The position numbers were made by a program, and so were the translations under genes. Of a DNA stretch of 31,677 bases, positions 26,324 to 31,677 are shown piece by piece; the first letter of the stretch is position 1, and every line of letters begins with the position of its first letter. The stretch spans positions 1 to 31,677 of the IMG/VR virus record IMGVR_UViG_3300032320_000694; one strand, 5' to 3'. The notes beneath the pieces are model-generated. The model did not search any database, was not told where the DNA came from, and saw nothing but the letters and a program-made list of their open reading frames with translations. The DNA is from a virus. Its lineage: Duplodnaviria > Caudoviricetes.

Positions 26324-26351
26324 AGTATATCAAATTTAAATGTTATTGCAA
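26324..26351 (-). promoter_or_regulatory. Sigma-70 promoter of the replication operon
   Basis: TTGCAA-16 bp-TATACT with TGn extended -10. Confidence 0.65.
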
Positions 26352-26354
26352 TAG

Positions 26355-26857
26355 GTATTCCTGAGGGAGCGCAACGAAATTGAAAGTGAGGTTTCCCCCA
26401 ACCCCACAGAGCAGGGCTGAAGAAAAACTCATCTTGATATTCCCTCAGTCGCTTACTTCATATCAAGTTAATGAACCATTGGTAGTCTAGTTCACATACC
26501 AGTGCTTTCTACTCATTACTACGAGTTCGTTTAAGTGTCACTGGATGATCCCTATTTCTCCCAATCGTTCTCAGACAGGGTAAAGATCACGTTTCCACAC
26601 CTTGAGCTTAAACAGTCTTCTTTGCTCACTATCACGCCAATTTAGGAAGAACGTACCGTATGTCTTTTTGCCGTTCTACTTAACTTCAAGGGCAACTTTC
26701 TCACATACTCAGACCGATAGACCTAAACCATCGTTCTAGGTAATAAGCATCACAAATCGCATAAATTTATACACGTTAAATTAATATGTATAAAAAATAC
26801 TTAATTTGTTGCATGAAATTGTTTCAGTTCATGTAGAAGCTTATGACCTAGCAGAAC
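26355..26857 (-). ncRNA. Candidate large (~500 nt) structured non-coding RNA
   Basis: No ORF of 60 aa or more; own promoter; about ten nested helices, many G-U pairs valid only on the minus strand; 8-bp pseudoknot near the 3' end. Confidence 0.7.
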
Positions 26858-26860
26858 TAT

Positions 26861-26889
26861 AGATTACACCAAGTAAATTTATTTTGCAA
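26861..26889 (-). promoter_or_regulatory. Sigma-70 promoter of the large ncRNA
   Basis: TTGCAA-17 bp-TAATCT, immediately after the sRNA terminator. Confidence 0.6.
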
Positions 26890-26890
26890 G

Positions 26891-26927
26891 AAAAAAAAGA
26901 ACCCTAGAGTGTGAAATCTAGGGTTCT
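26891..26927 (-). terminator. Rho-independent terminator of the small RNA
   Basis: Perfect 11-bp stem AGAACCCTAGA/TCTAGGGTTCT, 8-nt loop, U8 run on the minus strand. Confidence 0.85.
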
Positions 26928-27024
26928 GGGGGGGTGGGATCAAGGTGGATCCTACTGTCTATGAAGAATAACCCTGCTAGGAGCGTCTACACGTTGTGAT
27001 GACAGTAGTAGATGGGGTCTACAT
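26891..27024 (-). ncRNA. Candidate trans-acting anti-RBS small RNA (~135 nt)
   Basis: Promoter plus intrinsic terminator with no ORF (ATG followed at once by TAG); stems GTAGA/TCTAC, CTACTGTC/GACAGTAG and GGATC/GATCC; central loop complementary to several phage RBSs. Confidence 0.7.
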
Positions 27025-27029
27025 GAATA

Positions 27030-27059
27030 AATATACCACATATATTATAGATCAGTCAA
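27030..27059 (-). promoter_or_regulatory. Sigma-70 promoter of the small RNA
   Basis: TTGACT-18 bp-TATATT with TGn extended -10. Confidence 0.65.
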
Positions 27060-27068
27060 CTATTAATA

Positions 27069-27353
27069 CTATATATTGATAAAATTATTCTCAAATAACC
27101 AACCTATAGTGTTTCTGTGGGCATTTTCCCACATTTCTAGACGTTCTTCCCTTGATAAACGGCTTCCTTGATCTATTTCAATATGACATTTAAAGCATAA
27201 AGATGCGATACGGTAATCATGGGCTTTAATTCCTCTACCTTTTCCATCCCGTAATTGGTTTGAATGCGCTGCCACGACTGTTCCATCCTGAATCCCGCAG
27301 ATCTGACACGGGGACTGTCTCACTATTTCCAGCAATTTCTTGTTTCTGTACAT
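27069..27353 (-). CDS. YbcO/DUF1364-like Zn-binding HNH-type nuclease
   Basis: PCQ.CG...TVVAAH.N...GKG.GIKA.D....LC..CH; start at ATG 27353. Confidence 0.7.
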   Translation of the reverse strand: MYRNKKLLEIVRQSPCQICGIQDGTVVAAHSNQLRDGKGRGIKAHDYRIASLCFKCHIEIDQGSRLSREERLEMWENAHRNTIGWLFENNFINI

Positions 27354-27459
27354 AATAAACACCGTCAATTAATTTAATTAAAAAACCTAATTCTTCGTAA
27401 CTCATTTGTAAATCTTTTGTGTTATGATTCATGTGATTACACCCCATAAAGGTAATAAA

Positions 27460-28683
27460 ATGCCCACATCAAGTTTAACCAATGAGCAATTGCAGGCCGT
27501 TGTTGATGCGTTTAATAAGACTGGATCTAAAATTGAATCAGCCAATCTTCTCAAGTTAAATCATAGCACATATAACCATCGTTTTAGAAGTGCCATGAAA
27601 AAGGGGTTCAAAGCAAACAAACAACCCGAAGAAAATTTAATTGACAAATTAAAAGACGCAAACGACAGAATAAAAGAATTAGAAGCGTATTCAAGTAAGC
27701 ATGTGGAAGATCAGTTGACTGCTGATTATGTAAAGAAAAAAATTATTAAACTGAAAGATGGAACTGTTAAAGTGCCATCTTGGATAGTAAAACACAAAGA
27801 TAAAAAGAAATTTACTGGAGTCCCTACGCTCATGGCTTCCGACTGGCACTGGGGAGAGATTGTTGATCCATCGCAGATAAATGGCGTAAACGAATACAAC
27901 TTAGAAATTGCCAGAAGACGAGCTAGAACTATGGTGGAAAAGACCATAGAACTACTTCAGAACTATATTGCCAATCCCAGTTATCCTGGGATTATTTTTG
28001 TCTTAGGCGGGGATATGGTTAGTGGTGATATTCACGATGAACTAAGCGCCACAAATGAAAAAGAAATCATGCCGATTGTTTTAGACTTGTTCGGAGTCTT
28101 ATGTTGGTGTATAGAAACTCTTGCAGAAGAATTTGGTAATGTTTATATCCCTTGTGTATCAGGAAATCACGGAAGAAACACGCATAAAATCCGCAATAAA
28201 GGCAGAAACTATACTTCTTTTGACTGGCTTCTATATCAATTCTTAGCAAAAAGATTTGAAAATGATGTTCGGATTACATTTAACATACCGGATGGTCCAG
28301 ATGCGTATTATTGTGTCTACGGACATCGTTATCTTTTAACACACGGAGATCAAATGCGAGGTGGTGACGGTGTGATAGGCGCTCTCGGCCCAATCATTCG
28401 TGGAGACCATCGTAAACGCTCTAGAAACGCTCAGATTGATATGAGTTACGACACAATGCTACTAGGTCACTGGCATCAATTAATTCAACTGGAACGTCTT
28501 ATAGTCAATGGTAGTCTTAAAGGATATGATGAATACGCATATTCTAATAACTTTGGCTTCGAACCACCAAGACAAGCAATGTGGATCACGCACCCACAAC
28601 ATGGCATTACGTTTTCTATTCCAGTCTATGTGGAAAAACAAACTAAAAAATTTGAATCTAGCAGTTGGATTTCTTGGAAATGA
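27460..28683 (+). CDS. Calcineurin-like metallophosphoesterase with N-terminal HTH/coiled coil
   Basis: SDWH, GGDMV.G.IH, GNHG, THGD and GHWH motifs; AAGGT RBS supports ATG 27460. Confidence 0.85.
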   Translation: MPTSSLTNEQLQAVVDAFNKTGSKIESANLLKLNHSTYNHRFRSAMKKGFKANKQPEENLIDKLKDANDRIKELEAYSSKHVEDQLTADYVKKKIIKLKDGTVKVPSWIVKHKDKKKFTGVPTLMASDWHWGEIVDPSQINGVNEYNLEIARRRARTMVEKTIELLQNYIANPSYPGIIFVLGGDMVSGDIHDELSATNEKEIMPIVLDLFGVLCWCIETLAEEFGNVYIPCVSGNHGRNTHKIRNKGRNYTSFDWLLYQFLAKRFENDVRITFNIPDGPDAYYCVYGHRYLLTHGDQMRGGDGVIGALGPIIRGDHRKRSRNAQIDMSYDTMLLGHWHQLIQLERLIVNGSLKGYDEYAYSNNFGFEPPRQAMWITHPQHGITFSIPVYVEKQTKKFESSSWISWK

Positions 28684-29024
28684 AAATAACACCCAAGATC
28701 ATGAAGAAGGTTTACATATTATTATGTAATTGCAAACCTTTTGATCGCTGGAAGCTTCCTTTGCCGGAAGAAATTAAGTTTGTTGTGGATAGCAGTGAAG
28801 ATGCACTGGGTACTTATGTATATGATGAAGATATCGGCATGCATGTTATCACCATTTCAAAAGCCAAATGTGGCCATTTAGATACGCTTATTAAAACACT
28901 TGCACATGAAGTTATTCACATGACCAGGGGCAAGACTAGCAAGTATTCTGCCCACGATGAATACTTTAAAAGAAAATCGCGCGCTATTGCTTTGGAACTT
29001 GGCTTTGATCCATTAGAGCTTTGA
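28680..29024 (+). CDS. SprT-like zinc metallopeptidase-domain protein
   Basis: TLAHEVIH (HEXXH) plus downstream H...F; ATGA-coupled to the phosphoesterase. Confidence 0.75.
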   Translation: MKITPKIMKKVYILLCNCKPFDRWKLPLPEEIKFVVDSSEDALGTYVYDEDIGMHVITISKAKCGHLDTLIKTLAHEVIHMTRGKTSKYSAHDEYFKRKSRAIALELGFDPLEL

Positions 29025-29159
29025 TTCTAAATACAAGCCAAAATTAGCCAAAGCATACGCTAGAAAAGTAATCCCCATGCCGATTTGCTGTTTTAAAATA
29101 AAATCTAAACCAATATAACAATAAATGGCAGCAACAAAAATAATTAAAAAGCCACTCAT
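29013..29159 (-). CDS. 48-aa two-helix membrane protein, not in ORF track
   Basis: MSGFLIIFVAAIYCYIGLDFILKQQIGMGITFLAYALANFGLYLESKL; ATGA overlap with the upstream gene. Confidence 0.65.
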   Translation of the reverse strand: MSGFLIIFVAAIYCYIGLDFILKQQIGMGITFLAYALANFGLYLESKL

Positions 29160-29368
29160 TTGAAATCCTTAGACTTAATAATTGCTTTTTCTAACGCACG
29201 AGTCATCATCTGTAAAACAGTTTCCAACTCGCCCAAAGTTTCTCCACCCACCGCAGCACTACAGTGACCCATTGGCTTGCCTAAATGGTCGTAATATACC
29301 TCACGGATCTCTAAATATTCCTCCTCTGTTTCTTCGTCTTTGGTCTTCAGAACTCTATAATTCCACAT
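29156..29368 (-). CDS. Conserved phage protein (WNYRV...I.EVYY)
   Basis: 70 aa; GTG start with GGAG RBS. Confidence 0.75.
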   Translation of the reverse strand: MWNYRVLKTKDEETEEEYLEIREVYYDHLGKPMGHCSAAVGGETLGELETVLQMMTRALEKAIIKSKDFK

Positions 29369-29546
29369 CTTTAGTCTCCTCTAACATTTCAGGTTTAACG
29401 GCGGACTCAGATGTATCTAACGATCGCTTTAAAACCGCAAGAAAGCCCTCACCAATCAAATACTCTTTGGTTTCACTAGATATGTCTAATGTACATATGG
29501 CAGAGCCATCAGGTAGTTCTTTCATCTTCTTTACAATAATATTCAT
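29355..29546 (-). CDS. Hypothetical protein (E.PDGSA family)
   Basis: 63 aa; overlaps neighbours. Confidence 0.7.
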   Translation of the reverse strand: MNIIVKKMKELPDGSAICTLDISSETKEYLIGEGFLAVLKRSLDTSESAVKPEMLEETKDVEL

Positions 29547-29707
29547 TTTTCTTCCTTTTGGATTAATTGAAACTTCAGGTCTTGGTTAGCCGTACGTAAA
29601 TCAGCTATCTGCTCCTCTTGACTGCGGATGATCTCGTTAAGCTTACGCAACTGTGACTCAAAAAATGTCCTTTCAGCCATTAATGTTTTAATAATATTTT
29701 CAGTCAT
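29543..29707 (-). CDS. 54-aa coiled-coil protein, not in ORF track (MTENIIKTLMAE...)
   Basis: ATGA overlaps at both ends. Confidence 0.65.
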   Translation of the reverse strand: MTENIIKTLMAERTFFESQLRKLNEIIRSQEEQIADLRTANQDLKFQLIQKEEK

Positions 29708-30000
29708 TTTTTTCCTTTTTTAATTTTTTCTTTAAACTTAGCAATAACTCCAAACTCCGGATCAACCAACATACGCTTTTCCTCTTCCACAATCTTGCTT
29801 TGTGTATGTATGATCATTGCCTCTTCAGACAGTTCTTCCAATTGCTTAATATACACGTCTAATATTTCAGCACAACCCCATAGTGGGCTACTATAACCAT
29901 CTTCTTTAACACCCTCGGCAACCAGTTCAATGATCGCCTTGACTGAGTCCAACCTAAAGCTTATACGCTCGATTTCATTTGCTAAATTCCATGAATCCAT
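29704..30000 (-). CDS. Hypothetical protein
   Basis: 98 aa; GGAGG RBS. Confidence 0.7.
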   Translation of the reverse strand: MDSWNLANEIERISFRLDSVKAIIELVAEGVKEDGYSSPLWGCAEILDVYIKQLEELSEEAMIIHTQSKIVEEEKRMLVDPEFGVIAKFKEKIKKGKK

Positions 30001-30001
30001 A

Positions 30002-30202
30002 TTACACCTCCAAAATAGTTTTAATTGCGTTTAAACGGCTACGTAATTCTACAATTGTTGCATCACGTTCATCTAGCTTCTTTTGAAGACTCGCAACCGT
30101 TGCGGATAAATAAATATTATTTGCTTCTCTTTCCTCGTGGTCTCTTTCCATTGACCTCAATAACTTCTGACTTGCTTCAATTTGACCCTGTATATAATTC
30201 AC
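30002..30202 (-). CDS. Coiled-coil hypothetical protein
   Basis: 66 aa; GTG start, AAGGAGG RBS. Confidence 0.7.
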   Translation of the reverse strand: MNYIQGQIEASQKLLRSMERDHEEREANNIYLSATVASLQKKLDERDATIVELRSRLNAIKTILEV

Positions 30203-30367
30203 ACTTCCTCCTTAAATTGATACCTATAGGTTAAAAAATAAACTACAAAATGTTACTCAAAATGCACAAAACCCCTTACTTATGTACAAAATGTGTTACA
30301 AACTACACTTTTATTCTATATTCAAGAATACCGAATGACTCATAAAAAACCCCGAACGGTGATTAAA

Positions 30368-30652
30368 TTAATCCTTAACCGCTTTATCGCTCAATATATT
30401 ACCGCTCGCACACTTTAACACCGCTCTGCCTCTTTGGATTAATTTTTCTTTTGCTTGTGGCGATGTTGCAATATATATCATAAAATCTTCATCGTTTAAA
30501 CATAATGCATCAACTATTTCCTCATCGGTTAATTCACGCACAACAACTGCCTTGCCCTCACACAAATCATATATTGCCTTGTTTAAAGGGTCTGGCAACT
30601 TCTCACCGTCAAGTAAATCAGATAGCATTTGCCACATTCCTTGAGTAATCAT
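30368..30652 (-). CDS. Hypothetical protein with a RELTDEEI module
   Basis: 94 aa; ATGA overlap inside the junction repeat. Confidence 0.65.
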   Translation of the reverse strand: MITQGMWQMLSDLLDGEKLPDPLNKAIYDLCEGKAVVVRELTDEEIVDALCLNDEDFMIYIATSPQAKEKLIQRGRAVLKCASGNILSDKAVKD

Positions 30653-31227
30653 TTCTCACTCGCTTTCTTTAGTATTGCTCTTGAAAAATCTTTGTATCTA
30701 AATGTATGCCCATCTTCAGGTTCATCAATACATTTAATCATTTCTGCGTATATTTCTTCATCCGTTAGTTCACGCAAACCATCATATCTACCAATCAAAT
30801 AAGACCTTGTATCCAAAGTTTCAATTTCTTGCCCAATGTCAGATAACTTTTGTAGTGCTAGTTCTTTTTTTAATGTTTCCATCTGTTCTTTAGTCATTCG
30901 ATTTACATACTCATCACCTTCACGAATCCATCGTTGAATTAAATTAGGGTTAAAATGCACTTCTTCATATGCCTTCCAAACTCCCTCACCACTTGCGTCT
31001 GTAGTTAACTCCCATCCATCAGGATTTGGCACACCTACGGCATTGTTATAAATCATCACCGCACTTTTTATTTCCTGTTTAAACATAAAGTCTAGTTGTA
31101 ATTCTTTTTTCTTTAGTTCTTTACGCAGTTCATCAATCTCTTCTTGCATGACTTCTTGAATCTTTGCATTGGTAACAATCTCGCCAGCATCAAACTTTTC
31201 GCATCGTTCATTCCATGTTAGTATCAT
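30649..31227 (-). CDS. Mosaic hypothetical protein (RELTDEEI ... RAILKKASEK)
   Basis: 192 aa; bounded by two junction repeats. Confidence 0.7.
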   Translation of the reverse strand: MILTWNERCEKFDAGEIVTNAKIQEVMQEEIDELRKELKKKELQLDFMFKQEIKSAVMIYNNAVGVPNPDGWELTTDASGEGVWKAYEEVHFNPNLIQRWIREGDEYVNRMTKEQMETLKKELALQKLSDIGQEIETLDTRSYLIGRYDGLRELTDEEIYAEMIKCIDEPEDGHTFRYKDFSRAILKKASEK

Positions 31228-31424
31228 TTCTCACTCGCTTTCTTACTTATTAATGGCACTCCGCCATTATCATCGCCTTTAAATGCACCGTAAAACATTT
31301 GCGAACTAAAAGCATTTAATATCCTACGTTTAGCTTCTTCTCTTTCTTCTTCAGGAAAATCTGCCACAGACTCTTCTAAACATTTCATAAATTCATTAGC
31401 CACTTCTTTTGCTGGGATTATCAT
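31224..31424 (-). CDS. Hypothetical protein ending KKASEK
   Basis: 66 aa between repeats. Confidence 0.65.
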   Translation of the reverse strand: MIIPAKEVANEFMKCLEESVADFPEEEREEAKRRILNAFSSQMFYGAFKGDDNGGVPLISKKASEK

Positions 31425-31582
31425 TTCTCACTCGCTTTCTTTAACCAATAAAATAATTTAACTGCCAATCTAAACCATAATGGCACGTTAGGTTTAACAG
31501 TATTTTCTTCAGCCGTTTTGGGCTTTCCATACAGACTTCTTGGGTCATGCCAACCAAATGTGTATTTTTCTTTTTGTTTCAT
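31421..31582 (-). CDS. 53-aa protein ending KKASEK, not in ORF track
   Basis: MKQKEKYTFGWHDPR...LFYWLKKASEK; ATGA overlaps at both ends. Confidence 0.65.
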   Translation of the reverse strand: MKQKEKYTFGWHDPRSLYGKPKTAEENTVKPNVPLWFRLAVKLFYWLKKASEK

Positions 31583-31677
31583 TCTTCATCCTCCACGAAG
31601 TCCAATACCCCATCAAATCTAAACCCACAACCACGCAAGAAGTCCTCAAAGTTAGCCAAAATGTCAGGCAATGTTAG
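31579..31677 (-). CDS. C-terminal part of a conserved phage protein (FEDFLRGCGF), partial
   Basis: Open frame from the window edge: LTLPDILANFEDFLRGCGFRFDGVLDFVEDEE-stop. Confidence 0.65.
   Translation of the reverse strand, partial: LTLPDILANFEDFLRGCGFRFDGVLDFVEDEE

Larger units (their letters stand above)
30648..31441 (-). repeat. Three exact 22-bp direct repeats AAGAAAGCGAGTGAGAAATGAT at gene junctions
   Basis: Copies at 30648-30669, 31223-31244 and 31420-31441, each encoding KKASEK-stop overlapping the next ATG. Confidence 0.9.

Noticed and set aside
26355-26857. Group I/II intron, tRNA or tmRNA identity for the large RNA
   Set aside because: No interrupted gene; no matching P7 partner for the AGACTA near 26483; no domain V, T-loop/CCA end or tag ORF recognised by eye. 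A covariance-model search is still needed.
27235-30234. ORFs 27235..27447, 27726..27947, 28067..28249, 28480..28692, 28508..28729, 29182..29589 and 30025..30234
   Set aside because: They overlap better-supported genes in other frames or on the other strand.
30648-31441. 22-bp repeats as a CRISPR array
   Set aside because: Intervening sequences are whole genes of unequal length (175 and 553 bp), the repeats are coding, and no cas genes are present.
1-31677. Integrase, CI repressor, DNA polymerase, reverse transcriptase/DGR or alternative genetic code
   Set aside because: No such motifs seen; genes read through with standard stops. The window is partial, so these could lie elsewhere in the genome.

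Overview
The window is a 31.7 kb piece of a tailed dsDNA phage genome, probably a podovirus-like aquatic phage of a proteobacterium (host is inference). The minus-strand morphogenesis block at 1-17482 reads terS, LexA-like HTH, terL, portal, GroES-like chaperonin, scaffold, decoration protein, Mu-gpT-like major capsid, basic KKGG proteins, head-tail adaptors and tail proteins. A divergent plus-strand early operon of about 27 small genes (17651-23776) ends in a stand-alone sigma-70 region-4 protein. Next come a minus-strand helicase/primase operon, a ~770 bp ORF-free interval (26298-27068), a metallophosphoesterase/HEXXH-peptidase pair and a cluster of small genes joined by a 22-bp junction repeat. 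The best lead is in the ORF-free interval, which appears to hold two minus-strand non-coding RNAs, each with its own promoter. One is a ~135-nt terminated small RNA whose exposed segment GUAGACGCUCCUAGCAGGGUUAU is complementary to the ribosome-binding sites of six phage early/replication genes (TGCTAGGAG-type RBS). It also pairs with the 5' end of the second RNA, a ~500-nt highly paired, pseudoknotted RNA upstream of the helicase-primase operon. Two of the targeted RBSs carry structurally conserved switchable leaders. A perfect chromosomal parS palindrome lies inside terS. All family names come from manual motif recognition; no database search or folding program was run.
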